From the NCBI GenBank assembly GCA_042408215.1, contig JAYFMW010000001.1, positions 1 to 64,000 of the forward strand: a DNA stretch of 64,000 nt. Reading direction: 5' to 3'. This DNA comes from Microcoleus sp. (GTDB lineage Bacteria; Cyanobacteriota; Cyanobacteriia; Cyanobacteriales; Microcoleaceae). Both the position numbers and the translations under genes were made by a program. Under the pieces are notes generated by a model, which saw only the letters and a list, made by a program, of their open reading frames with translations, searched no databases and was not told where the DNA came from. Below, piece after piece: positions 18,701 to 27,777 of the stretch. The number at the start of each line of letters is the position of its first letter. The stretch's first letter is position 1.

Positions 18701-19163
18701 ATTGCAGTCGGAATGGCCGACTTTGATAGAGGGACAAAAACTGCTGTCCCTGATCATGTTGGATGTCGATTATTTCAAGCGATATAACGATTGCTACGGA
18801 CATCAAGCTGGGGATCTTTGTTTAGTAAAAGTGGCTTCATCGGCGGCACTTGCGGTTAAACGTTCATCGGATCTGTTGGCACGTTACGGGGGCGAAGAAT
18901 TTGCCGTCATCCTGCCGCATACTGATGCTGCTGGGGCGATCGCGGTGGCTGAGTCGATCCGAGAGGCAATCCGAGATTTGGGAATTCCTCATCAGCAATC
19001 TGATGTGAGCGAGATTGTTACCGTTAGCATGGGAATTGCGACTGTGATTCCCAGCTTGGGAACATCACCGGATGAACTCGTTGCCCTCGCCGATCGAGCA
19101 TTATATGATGCGAAACAACAGGGGCGCGATCGGATTAACTGCGCGGTGAACCAGATGACATAA
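15768..19163 (+). CDS. GAF/PAS sensor diguanylate cyclase with N-terminal cyanobacteriochrome GAF
   Basis: GAF with DPCF and CY, two further GAFs, three PAS, intact GGEEF with RSSD I-site. Confidence 0.9.
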   Translation: MEMSTQQAFYLSSEKIIEKFSKIALQINDFTNLEIILQFAVAETRVLLQTDRVIIYRFLPNGDGVVFAESVGSKWPPILGQLIYDPCFKATWVERYSLGQTTAISDTHAGDIQTCYVELLDSLQVRANLVVPILSQGNLWGLLIAHHCRSPRSWQSLDVQLLQQMALQLGSAIVDEEERHQQLHQSEVKLEPRTLELQETETDIIENKPVEMTRPESEQQYSTINHSANESDRLESLRRYEILDTPPDGAFDRITAIAARFFRVPIALVTLVDRDRIWFKSRYGLDVEQIDREPGLCGSAIWEDDVYEIRNALEDPRTIANPLVSGAFGLRFYAAAPLKTHDGYNLGTLCIIDRHPRELSPEEEATLQDLAAIVMDEMELRLSARKLIEQTEAQRESEERWQLALRGNNDGIWDWNVKTNEVFFSSRWKEMLGFEEQEISNHLDEWSKRVHPDDLDLVKQLIFDHFAKKTPFYISEHRVLCKDGSYKWILDRGQALWDEAGNVIRMCGSHTDISERKYAEFERRELIIALENAVSGISQVDTQGRYLFVNQSYANTVGYQPEEMIGMFWEKTVHPDDLEKLMAAYQQMQQDGKVELEARGIRRDGSSFYKQLVMISIHDDRQQFIGHHCFMKDISDRKQAEAALQQEFERLGIVIATQQEIAIRNPNLDAVMAVIAERTQHLTRADGAVIEMLEGDELVYRVASGIATAYVGLRIKVATSLSGQCMTTGSILFCDDSETDARVDRAACRRIGVRSKVLVPLFYQEEGVGVLKVVSGTPSGFTESDIQTLQLMAGFLAGSLHLASEFDVKNLLLSQLQESEERYRSVITTMTEGVVLQLANGQITACNASAERIIGLTPAQMMGRTSVDLDWRTVQEDGSPFPGEQHPATITLGTGKPLSNVVMGIHKADRTLTWISINSQPLFHLHQSLPYAVVTTFADITERKQVEEMLRNQAQRDRLIATTDGLTQVANRRCFDERLQSEWPTLIEGQKLLSLIMLDVDYFKRYNDCYGHQAGDLCLVKVASSAALAVKRSSDLLARYGGEEFAVILPHTDAAGAIAVAESIREAIRDLGIPHQQSDVSEIVTVSMGIATVIPSLGTSPDELVALADRALYDAKQQGRDRINCAVNQMT

Positions 19164-19244
19164 CCAGATTTCCACCCAGTAGAATAGGTAAAAAATGCCG
19201 ATCGCGCGAAAAATCAAATAAAGTGCGATCGGACAACTCAACTT

Positions 19245-19751
19245 ATGACAGCCACAGTGCATCTATACCTGATCCGTCACGGCATCGCAGCCGAGCCCGA
19301 AGAGTACCCAACAGACGCAGAACGCCCGCTGACTAAAGAGGGCGCGAGCAAAACCCGGAAAGTCGCCCAGCGGCTTTACGAACTCGAAATTCAGTTTGAC
19401 CTAATTCTCACCAGTCCCCTATTGCGCGCCACCCAAACCGCCGAAATCCTGCAAACAGTAGGTCTGAGTTCCCAAATAGAAGAATCCCCAGCCCTAGCCC
19501 CATCAGGAGACATCCAGAACTGGCTAGAGTGGTACCAACAGTGGCAGGAGAGAGGAAGCCACAGCTTGGCTCTAGTGGGCCACCAACCAGACTTAGCCAA
19601 CTGGGCAGAAACTTTGCTTTGGGGCAGAACCCAAGACGCTCTGATTCTCAAAAAAGCAGGTGCGATCGGCTTAATCCTCCCCGAAACAGGCTCTCCCGTC
19701 GGCCGCAGCCAAATGTTCTGTTTACTGTCGCCCAAGTTTTTGCTGAGGTAG
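19245..19751 (+). CDS. sixA: Phosphohistidine phosphatase
   Basis: RHG, RPLT, SPLLRA.QTA, VGHQP. Confidence 0.92.
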   Translation: MTATVHLYLIRHGIAAEPEEYPTDAERPLTKEGASKTRKVAQRLYELEIQFDLILTSPLLRATQTAEILQTVGLSSQIEESPALAPSGDIQNWLEWYQQWQERGSHSLALVGHQPDLANWAETLLWGRTQDALILKKAGAIGLILPETGSPVGRSQMFCLLSPKFLLR

Positions 19752-19870
19752 AAAGCAAATAGTCACATTAATTGATTATTGTTTGTTAACGCGGCGACAC
19801 GATCAATGTTTCTGCTAATGTACTTTGATTGACACTCCCCGCGCGTAAACGCGCGGGGATTCTTAAGAAA

Positions 19871-21121
19871 CTACCAAATGGGAATTCTTAAGGGCGCTGT
19901 CTTGACACCTCTACTAACTCCGCTAAGGTCAAGCCCTAACATTGTCGCTACTTTTCTCAAAATATTAGCTGCCCCATTGCAGTCAGCATTTATGTACCAG
20001 TTTTTTGCGCCTGTCCGGTACAGACCACGTTTCACCCGTCTACCTGACTCTTTCCACCCTTCGGGTTTTGCACCGATTGTAGGTAGAAAATCACGGTCAG
20101 CAAATGATGCCTTAGACCTGTAACTTTCCTCAGTCTCAACAAACTGAATGCCATGCTTCTGGCACAATTGAGCGACTCGATTTTTTAATCGTGCCGTAGG
20201 GATTTGGACAAACTTTTGATTTGTCTTTTTACCCATATTAGCAGAATTTTTCTGCCCTTTATTCCAACCAAAAACTATAACACCGACTCTGTTCTTAATA
20301 CAGTGATTGACAACTAAACGAGCTGCTTTATTCACAGCATCACGCATTTGACGGTTTCGTTTTTCGGTTAATCGCGCCAATTGATGCGACCAAAAACCAT
20401 TATGTTTGCCCTCCATCAAAGCTGCTACTCGCTTGTTGTACCACTGGTTGACTGACTTTAGGCGCTTGCCATCAACAATGAAACTTGTCCCTGAGTTGCT
20501 AACACAAGTAAGCCAGTTATCAATACCACGATCGATACCTAGAGCTTTTTGAGTGTCAACGACAGCTTGAACACTGGCTGACTTGTAAACAAACTCAGCG
20601 TAAAAGCAGCCATTTCTAGGAAGGATTCTAATTTCTCGAATTTCGGCATAGTCTAGATTGGAAGGCATTGCAACTTGAAAATTCTTCAACCCAAACCAAG
20701 TTTTAACCTTCAGTCCTAAAGGAATTGAAATTTGACCATCAATCAACTTCTTTCCAAGCGCTTGCTTTGGATAAGCTATCAAATGAAGTCCACCAGGAGT
20801 GCGGTAGCCAGGAAACTTTGGCTTGTGTTCGAGCTTTCCCTCTTGAAACAGCTTGGCTAATCCTTTAAAAGATTTTATGGACTCGCCGACAGCGCCACAA
20901 GTCTGTTGAGCTGCTTGAGCGCACAACGCCCCGTAATGAGGGTTGCGCTTTAACTGATTAATTATGTCAAAGGGGCGGACGCAAGCATGAATTTTAAAAT
21001 ATATTTGACGAGCGTAGTAAACCGCACAATTGTGCAGTTTGTTTGATTCTTGGCAAATATATTCCAAAACTGCTTTAAGTTTTTTGTCGGGCTTGAGTAA
21101 TATTTGTTGACACCCAAACAT
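19871..21121 (-). CDS. tnpB: TnpB RNA-guided endonuclease
   Basis: LGIDRG, IVFGWN, EESY, NADCNGAANI. Confidence 0.92.
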   Translation of the reverse strand: MFGCQQILLKPDKKLKAVLEYICQESNKLHNCAVYYARQIYFKIHACVRPFDIINQLKRNPHYGALCAQAAQQTCGAVGESIKSFKGLAKLFQEGKLEHKPKFPGYRTPGGLHLIAYPKQALGKKLIDGQISIPLGLKVKTWFGLKNFQVAMPSNLDYAEIREIRILPRNGCFYAEFVYKSASVQAVVDTQKALGIDRGIDNWLTCVSNSGTSFIVDGKRLKSVNQWYNKRVAALMEGKHNGFWSHQLARLTEKRNRQMRDAVNKAARLVVNHCIKNRVGVIVFGWNKGQKNSANMGKKTNQKFVQIPTARLKNRVAQLCQKHGIQFVETEESYRSKASFADRDFLPTIGAKPEGWKESGRRVKRGLYRTGAKNWYINADCNGAANILRKVATMLGLDLSGVSRGVKTAPLRIPIW

Positions 21122-21182
21122 TTAAGCCATCTCTGGTTGTGATACGTTGATTATACACCATCAATCAACAGAGTCAAGTAAT

Positions 21183-21596
21183 ATGGCGAGTTTGTCAAAA
21201 AAAGATTTAGAGTACCGATACGAGAGCAACGCTGTTTCGCTGATCAATATGCACTTTGTCTTTATTCCCAAGCGGCGCAAAGCGGTACTGGTTGGTAAAA
21301 TCGCGGAACGACTGCAAGAAATTATCTTTGAGGTAGTCACGGAGAACAGGTGGAAGATTATCGCTTTGGAGATTATGCCGGATCACGTTCATTTGCTGTT
21401 AAACGTCAAACCCACGGACTCCGCCAGTTTTGTCATGCAAAGAGTCAAAGGCAGGGCTTCGAGTTACTTGAGAAAAGAATTTCCTGAGTTACTGAAATTA
21501 CCTACTTTATGGACTCCCAGTTATTTTGTCGGTAGTGTTGGCAATGTCTCAACTGAAACCGTTAGAAAATATATAGAGGAACAAAGAAACAAGTAA
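21183..21596 (+). CDS. tnpA: IS200-type Y1 HUH transposase
   Basis: PKRR, DHVH, LWTPSYF, KYIEEQ. Confidence 0.93.
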   Translation: MASLSKKDLEYRYESNAVSLINMHFVFIPKRRKAVLVGKIAERLQEIIFEVVTENRWKIIALEIMPDHVHLLLNVKPTDSASFVMQRVKGRASSYLRKEFPELLKLPTLWTPSYFVGSVGNVSTETVRKYIEEQRNK

Positions 21597-21711
21597 TATA
21601 GAATACTGGCAGCCTTAAGGCTGCAACTGCGTTTCATCCCCGGCTTGAAAGACCGGGGTTTGCGCGTGACGCGCTATAGATTAGATTCCACTCACACAAT
21701 ACGGTATCGCA

Positions 21712-22851
21712 ATGGTCGTCGGCGAATTCAAACCAGGCTTAGAAGGTGTTCCTGCTACCTTATCCAGCATTAGCTTCGTAGATGGACAAAAAGGAGTGCT
21801 AGAATATCGCGGCATTAGCATCGAGGAACTAGCACTCAAAAGTACATTTCTCGAAACTTCATATTTATTAATCTGGGGGGTACTTCCGACCAAGGAAGAA
21901 CTAGAAGCCTTCGAGCATGAAATTCGGTATCATCGCCGGATCAAATATCGCATCCGGGACATGATGAAATGCTTTCCCGAAAGAGGACATCCAATGGACG
22001 CTCTGCAAGCTTCAGCAGCGGCCTTGGGTTTGTTTTACTCCCGCCGAGCTCTGGCCAACCCAGCATACATTCGAGAAGCCGTAGTGCGGCTACTAGCCAA
22101 AATTCCGACAATGGTGGCGGCGTTCCAGCAAATGCGGCGAGGTAATGACCCCGTGCGGCCGAGGGACGACTTGAACTACTCGGCTAACTTTCTGTATATG
22201 CTCAACGAGCGAGAACCCGATCCGCTGTTGGCTAATATTTTTGATGCTTGTCTGACTCTCCACGCGGAACATACCATCAATGCTTCTACATTTTCGGCAA
22301 TGGTAACAGCTTCAACGCTGACAGACCCTTACGGGGTAATTGCTTCGGCAGTTGGCACTTTAGCCGGGCCGCTGCATGGGGGGGCGAATGAAGAAGTGAT
22401 TGAGATGTTGGAGCAAATTGGTTCTGTAGAAAATGTGCGACCTTTTGTCGAGAAGTGTGTTGAAAACAAAGACAAAATCATGGGCTTCGGCCACCGGGTT
22501 TACAAGGTGAAAGATCCGAGAGCAACTATTCTCCAAGGGTTAGCAGAACAGTTGTTTGAGAACTTCGGTCACGATAGTTATTACGACATTGCTATCAAGT
22601 TAGAAGAAGTCGTTGAGGAAAAAATGGCTCACAAAGGAATTTATGCCAATGTAGATTTCTATTCGGGTTTGGTTTATCGGAAAATGGGAATTCCCACAGA
22701 CTTGTTTACACCAGTTTTTGCGATCGCCCGCGTTGGTGGCTGGCTGGCTCACTGGAAGGAACAGCTAGAAGCAAACCGCATCTACCGCCCCACTCAAATA
22801 TATACGGGTACTCACGGTGAACCCTATATTCCGATCGAGGAAAGGTCGTAA
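21712..22851 (+). CDS. gltA: Citrate synthase
   Basis: GLEGV, HAEH..NAST, GPLHGGAN, GFGHRVYK..DPR, NVDFYSG. Confidence 0.97.
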   Translation: MVVGEFKPGLEGVPATLSSISFVDGQKGVLEYRGISIEELALKSTFLETSYLLIWGVLPTKEELEAFEHEIRYHRRIKYRIRDMMKCFPERGHPMDALQASAAALGLFYSRRALANPAYIREAVVRLLAKIPTMVAAFQQMRRGNDPVRPRDDLNYSANFLYMLNEREPDPLLANIFDACLTLHAEHTINASTFSAMVTASTLTDPYGVIASAVGTLAGPLHGGANEEVIEMLEQIGSVENVRPFVEKCVENKDKIMGFGHRVYKVKDPRATILQGLAEQLFENFGHDSYYDIAIKLEEVVEEKMAHKGIYANVDFYSGLVYRKMGIPTDLFTPVFAIARVGGWLAHWKEQLEANRIYRPTQIYTGTHGEPYIPIEERS

Positions 22852-22983
22852 AGTTTTGAATTAACAACTCAAAACTTCCTTCTGTATCTGCCAAAAACTG
22901 CCTTGCTGGGTTGCACCCCTCTTGTATGTTGTCCTGTTTGTTGGCGACAATGTTCTTAAGTGACGATTATCAGGAAGTCCAGT

Positions 22984-23011
22984 CCTCAGACTTGCGAGTC
23001 TGAGGTTTTTT
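22984..23011 (+). terminator. Intrinsic terminator
   Basis: CCTCAGACT-TGCG-AGTCTGAGG followed by a T-run. Confidence 0.7.
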
Positions 23012-23127
23012 ATTGCAATTTAATCTCTCAGATCAAATCCGCGCTTCATCGGAATTGCAAAATCGAGTCAACAGTCCTATCGTTTACGGTTGTTTCTGAA
23101 TGATTAAACCGCAGAGGACGCTCTTGA

Positions 23128-23280
23128 CACCAATTTAATGGGTCGTTGCATATATCTCGATCCCCCTAAATCCCCCTTAATAAAGGGAGTAGGGGTTGAC
23201 TTTGAGCAGAATCTTGTTCCCCCCTTATTAAGGGGGGTTAGGGGGGATCAGATTCTATGCAGCCTCATAAAAAACTGGTA
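23128..23280. mobile_element. 153-bp MITE (same family as 14159-14302), TGA target duplication, nested in an ATCAAATCCG...CGGATTTGA element (~23031-23338)
   Basis: CACCAATTT...AAACTGGTA ends with TGA on both sides. Confidence 0.85.
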
Positions 23281-23336
23281 TGACACAGAGGAAGAGAACA
23301 GAGAGATGAATAATTCCGATGTCAACGGATTTGAGA

Positions 23337-23843
23337 TCAATTCCAATTTTCACCACCAGGAAACTGGGCTAAATACTCATCGATCGCATCTTCTAATTCC
23401 TTCCTCGAATAATTGTATGTCAGGGACAGTAGCCCAGTGGCGATCGCCACAATTTGCTCTTTGTCCACTCTTTGATTGAGTTGAGCACGGCTTAAATTTC
23501 CTTCCAGCACTTCCCTGCTAGCCTCACGAATTGCGGCTTCTAGTTCATCTTCTAGAAAAGACTCCCACTCCGAAGCGTTGATGTAGTAGAATGTTTTATT
23601 ATCTTTGAGATTGAGCTTTTTAATACTTCGGACAGAATTAGCAATAGCAGCAGACCAAGAATTAGTTAAACGCTGTTATACTTGGTTTTTAATTAGGTGG
23701 ATTAGCAGCATCAGTAAACAAGAGCCTATATTGCGCAAAGTTGCTTGTTTGCTCATGCCCTCTAATTCATCGACAATTGCTAGAGCATCTTCATTCCTGC
23801 CAGCCAAAATACAATTTTTAAGGTCTATTAATTCCTGTACCAT
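23337..23843 (-). pseudogene. DUF29-like protein with in-frame nonsense codon at 23676-23678
   Basis: MVQELIDL...LLIHLIKNQV*QRLTNSW...FPGGENWN*; frame continues past the TAA. Confidence 0.8.
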
Positions 23844-23948
23844 TGATTTTGCCCTCAAGATTTATAGGGATTCCGTAAGGTATTGCCGCCATTGGTGTCA
23901 ACAACCAGGCTAAAACTACCTCTAAATCAGGGTTGTAGCCTAGTCTAG

Positions 23949-24068
23949 ATCCCCCTAAATCCCCCTTAATAAGGGAGTAGGGTGTGAGTAGGGGTTGACT
24001 TTGAATATTCTTGTTCCCCCCTTATTAAGGGGGGTTAGGGGGGATCTCCAGGTTTCAAAACACACCCT
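23949..24068. mobile_element. Partial MITE of the 12074 family (core plus one TIR)
   Basis: GATCCCCCTAAATCCCCC...GGATCTCCAGGTTTCAAAACACACCC. Confidence 0.7.
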
Positions 24069-24333
24069 ACTAGCTAAATCTAAACAGATTGAGCTACATG
24101 ATGGCGGCTAGTCAATTTATCCAATTGATTCACCAACAAACTCAGGAACAATCCCACATCAGTCACAACACCAGTAGATTCGATCGAACCTCGATCGCTC
24201 AATTTCGTCACCACCGCCGGATTAATGTCCACACAGACCATCTTCACACCAGCCGGAGTCATATTTCCCACACCAATTGAGTGCAGCATAGACGACAGCA
24301 TCAACACCATATCCGCACCGCGTAACAGCTCAG
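24063..24333 (-). pseudogene. Duplicated 3' fragment of argZ
   Basis: 271-bp direct repeat of 24391-24661 with 3 mismatches. Confidence 0.9.
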
Positions 24334-24407
24334 CCAAACGGTGCGTCAGAAATATGCTTTCGGTACAACTTGAAAATCTCAAATCTGACGCACCCTACTA
24401 GCTAAAT

Positions 24408-26522
24408 CTAAACAGATTGAGCTACATGATGGCGGCTGGTCAATTTATCCAATTGATTCACCAACAAACTCAGGAACAATCCCACATCAGTCACAACACC
24501 AGTAGATTCGATCGAACCTCGATCGCTCAATTTCGTCACCACCGCCGGATTAATGTCCACACAGACCATCTTCACACCAGCCGGCGTCATATTTCCCACA
24601 CCAATTGAGTGCAGCATAGACGACAGCATCAACACCATATCCGCACCACGTAACAGCTCAGTATACTCTTCTTGAGCCTTAACCAAATCCATTTGCGTGT
24701 CGGGAAGCGGGCCATCATCGCGGATCGAACCAGCCAGGGAAAATGGTATATTGTTCTTCACGCACTCGTACATGACACCATTAGTAACCAGCCCTGCTTC
24801 AACAGCTTTTGCAATACTGCCATAACGCCGCACAGTGTTGATTATTTTCAAGTGATGTCGGTGTCCACCGCGCACAGCAACACCGCGTTTCATGTCAACC
24901 CCTAAAGAGGTTCCCATGTTCGATTGTTCCATGTCGTGAACGGCGATCGCATTTCCGCCCAACAACGCTTGTACGTAACCTTCCCGAATCAAATGCGCTA
25001 AATGTTCGCCACCGCCAGTATGGATTACAACCGGCCCTGCGGTAACTACAACTTTACCACCCCGATCGCGAATTTGGCGCAATTCCCACGCCACTTGTTC
25101 CACTACCAATTCGACGCGGCGCTCGCTAGAAACGCTCCCAGACATAAAGCTAAATTCCTGAGAATTGCGTTGTTCCCGCGATTCTGTTTTGCGAATGGTG
25201 CGAATGCCGATCACATCAACAACGACTTTTTCTCCTACTTTTAAATCCCGCAGTAATTTGCATTTGGCGACTGGGCCATCCGCAGTTTCTGTAATAGCAA
25301 CCGCTCCATCCATCCGCTGATTTTGCGCTTTCACCCACTGGTTATTTACCCGCACTTCCGTGGGATAAATCGTACTAACATAAAAGTCGTCCGGGCCAAC
25401 GCCATCTTGCACTACAGGTTCTAAAATAGCGTCGCAAAGCTCTTGCGGCGGGGACACTGCACCGAGGTCAATCAGCAGTGCCATAATGTCTTCCATCACA
25501 TCGTGGGAAGGAGCCGAAACTTTAACTTCGGCAGTGGAGGTGCTTTGCCGCTGCTCTCCTAAACTGAAATTGAGCACTTGGAAACTGCCGCCGTTTTCGA
25601 CAATTAAGTCTAAAGCGCGACTAATTAAACCGGCATCCAGCAGGTGGCCTTCCATGCGAATTGTGCGGCTTTCTACCATCACGTTTGCCGATCGATCTTC
25701 TTGCACTGGTTCTGTTACCCGCAGTGTCAAGCACTTAGCAGCACCGCCTGCTTTCAGAAATTCACTCAAGGGCGTTTCAATCACTTGAAAACCAGCATTA
25801 GTGATGCGCGTTTTTAAGCTGTCGCTGACTTTATTCATTACCACAATTTTGTCAATATTGACGGCATTGCAGGCAAAGTTAGCGGCATCTGCTTCTTCAA
25901 GGGCAATGCGTTTTTCTGGTGGTACCCGCATTTCAATTAAGCGGTTTGAGTAGGAATCAAATGCGGCTGGGTAGTAAAGCAAATAGCCGCCTGTGAGTGG
26001 ACAAAAACAGGTGTCTAGGTGATAGAAACGTTCGTCTACTAAACGCAGGGAAAGCACTTCGATATTCAGCCATTTTGCTAGCAATGGGTGAGAATCGAGT
26101 TCGGAACGGAAGCCGTATCCGGCCCACAACCAGCGTCCTTCGCGATCGAGCAAAGCATCGCCAGCACCTTCAAATGGCAAGTCTTTCGGTAGTTCGTGAA
26201 CGGTGAAACCTTTGTCCTCAAACCATTCTTTGAAATAGGGTTCTTCGCCTTGGCGTTCTTTGTGATAGAAACGGCTGAGGACGAAGGTATTGCCTAAAAG
26301 TAGACCGGCGTTGGCGGTGAAAACCATATCCGGCCAGCCTTTTTGGGGCGGTACGAGGTCTACTATGGCGTTTTCTTTGAGGACGTGGTAGAGTTTTTCC
26401 CACTGTTGGACGGCGCGATCGCGCGATGATTTGTGGACATTTCCCTCCATCCACGGATTAATCACGTAGTCCACATCGTAGTGGTCGGGAGCGCACATCA
26501 GAAAGCGAATTGAGTCAGTCAT
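24408..26522 (-). CDS. argZ: Arginine dihydrolase / ornithine cyclodeaminase (ArgZ/AgrE)
   Basis: Amidinotransferase domain (INPWM, DMVFTAN, FYHLDTCF, GGAAKCL) fused to a LOR/SDH TIGR00300-type region. Confidence 0.92.
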   Translation of the reverse strand: MTDSIRFLMCAPDHYDVDYVINPWMEGNVHKSSRDRAVQQWEKLYHVLKENAIVDLVPPQKGWPDMVFTANAGLLLGNTFVLSRFYHKERQGEEPYFKEWFEDKGFTVHELPKDLPFEGAGDALLDREGRWLWAGYGFRSELDSHPLLAKWLNIEVLSLRLVDERFYHLDTCFCPLTGGYLLYYPAAFDSYSNRLIEMRVPPEKRIALEEADAANFACNAVNIDKIVVMNKVSDSLKTRITNAGFQVIETPLSEFLKAGGAAKCLTLRVTEPVQEDRSANVMVESRTIRMEGHLLDAGLISRALDLIVENGGSFQVLNFSLGEQRQSTSTAEVKVSAPSHDVMEDIMALLIDLGAVSPPQELCDAILEPVVQDGVGPDDFYVSTIYPTEVRVNNQWVKAQNQRMDGAVAITETADGPVAKCKLLRDLKVGEKVVVDVIGIRTIRKTESREQRNSQEFSFMSGSVSSERRVELVVEQVAWELRQIRDRGGKVVVTAGPVVIHTGGGEHLAHLIREGYVQALLGGNAIAVHDMEQSNMGTSLGVDMKRGVAVRGGHRHHLKIINTVRRYGSIAKAVEAGLVTNGVMYECVKNNIPFSLAGSIRDDGPLPDTQMDLVKAQEEYTELLRGADMVLMLSSMLHSIGVGNMTPAGVKMVCVDINPAVVTKLSDRGSIESTGVVTDVGLFLSLLVNQLDKLTSRHHVAQSV

Positions 26523-26883
26523 AATTTAGTTAAAATGTTGTAGATGCTACAGACTTAAGTTGACAGAGTTTGCTTGAGAAAAACTGCAATGTTGGCTCGT
26601 CACAGAAAGAGTGCAACATCTGACAGCGAAAAAAGTAACTTTTAATTATATCACATAAAAGCCTATTTGGAGTAAATATCCAGGGCGGGAGAAGTAATGA
26701 AACCTTGACAAAGCGATCGGCTCAAAATCTCAAACAGTCGGGTATATCTAATATCTTGCACCCGCAGTCAAAAACCTGTAGGGGCGGGTTCACCAATAGC
26801 TTTAAAGGATACCCAAAGACTAAAAAACCCGCCCCCACCCCGCACGAGAGTCCTTGATTGATATTGGGGCCTGATGTAAGATA

Positions 26884-27006
26884 TATAGCCTTTCTCAGTA
26901 ACAGTGCGGTGCCCGACGTGCATAGGGCATAGGGCATAGGGCATAGGGCATAGGGCATAGGGCATAGGGCATAGGGCATACCTCACAACGCTTGAGAACC
27001 GCTATA
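26884..27006. mobile_element. MITE TATAGCCTTTCTCA...TGAGAACCGCTATA carrying (CATAGGG)n
   Basis: Same shell as ~13511-13610. Confidence 0.75.
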
Positions 27007-27064
27007 TGATTGAAGTAATACAGACTATATTGTTGGGATTAATTTTATCCAGAAACAAATAACC

Positions 27065-27382
27065 ATGACAATCACAGCCACCGAATATAAATATGTGCAA
27101 CTAGACGATCGCAATATCCCGATCATTGAAGGGACATCGATGAAAATCGTAGAGTTACTTACCTCTGTGAAAGCTTACGGTTGGACTCCTGAAGAATTGC
27201 TGCAAAGTTACCCTCACCTTACCCTGAGTAAAATTTACTCGGCCTTGGCTTACTACTTGGACAATCAACAAGAAATAGACGCAGATATCGAGCGGCGCGA
27301 GGAGTATGTAAAACATTTAGAACAAGAAGCTGGCGAATCTGCTTTTGCTGCTAGAATGCGCGCTCAAGGGTTGTTAAAATGA
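27065..27382 (+). CDS. DUF433 antitoxin
   Basis: PIIEGT, GWTPEEL..SYPHLTL..IYSALAYY. Confidence 0.88.
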   Translation: MTITATEYKYVQLDDRNIPIIEGTSMKIVELLTSVKAYGWTPEELLQSYPHLTLSKIYSALAYYLDNQQEIDADIERREEYVKHLEQEAGESAFAARMRAQGLLK

Positions 27383-27726
27383 GCCTATCCCTTTATATGG
27401 ATGAGAACGTCCCCATACAAATTACAGAGGGATTGCGTTTGCGGGATGTAGATGTTTTGACAGTGCAAGAAGATGGACTTTCCAGTTTTCCAGATCCCGC
27501 TGTATTCGATCGCGCCATTGAACTTCAGCGACTTGTATTTTCAGAAGATCAAGACTTTCTAGCGGAAGCAAAACGGCGTCAGGGTGAGGGGATCAACTTT
27601 CCGGGTGTTGTCTATGCCCGTCAAAGGCGAGTCTCGATTGGAGATTGCGTGCGCGACTTGGAAATAATTGCTAAAGTTGGCCATCCAGAAGATTTTGCTA
27701 ACCGCGTTCAATACCTGCCTTTGTAG
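27379..27726 (+). CDS. DUF5615 PIN-like toxin
   Basis: YMDENV, DVLTV, SEDQDF; 4-nt ATGA overlap with the DUF433 gene. Confidence 0.85.
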   Translation: MSLSLYMDENVPIQITEGLRLRDVDVLTVQEDGLSSFPDPAVFDRAIELQRLVFSEDQDFLAEAKRRQGEGINFPGVVYARQRRVSIGDCVRDLEIIAKVGHPEDFANRVQYLPL

Positions 27727-27777
27727 TTAGCGATCGAACTTCTTAATCTAAGGTTAACATCTCTCATCGCATCCATC

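Larger units (their letters stand above)
19829..21675. mobile_element. IS200/IS605-family element with divergent tnpA and tnpB
   Basis: Subterminal hairpins CCCCGCGCGTAAACGCGCGGGG (~19837-19858) and CCCCGGCTTGAAAGACCGGGG (~21638-21658); right end reads GTCAA on the minus strand; left boundary approximate. Confidence 0.85.

Noticed and set aside
22870..23011. Possible sRNA downstream of gltA
   Set aside because: Only a terminator hairpin is evident; equally consistent with a 3' UTR
24063..24661. DGR template/variable repeat pair or prophage att site
   Set aside because: No reverse transcriptase or integrase nearby, mismatches are synonymous rather than adenine-directed diversification, and only 57 bp separate the copies
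26523..26700. NtcA box upstream of argZ
   Set aside because: No convincing GTA-N8-TAC found by eye
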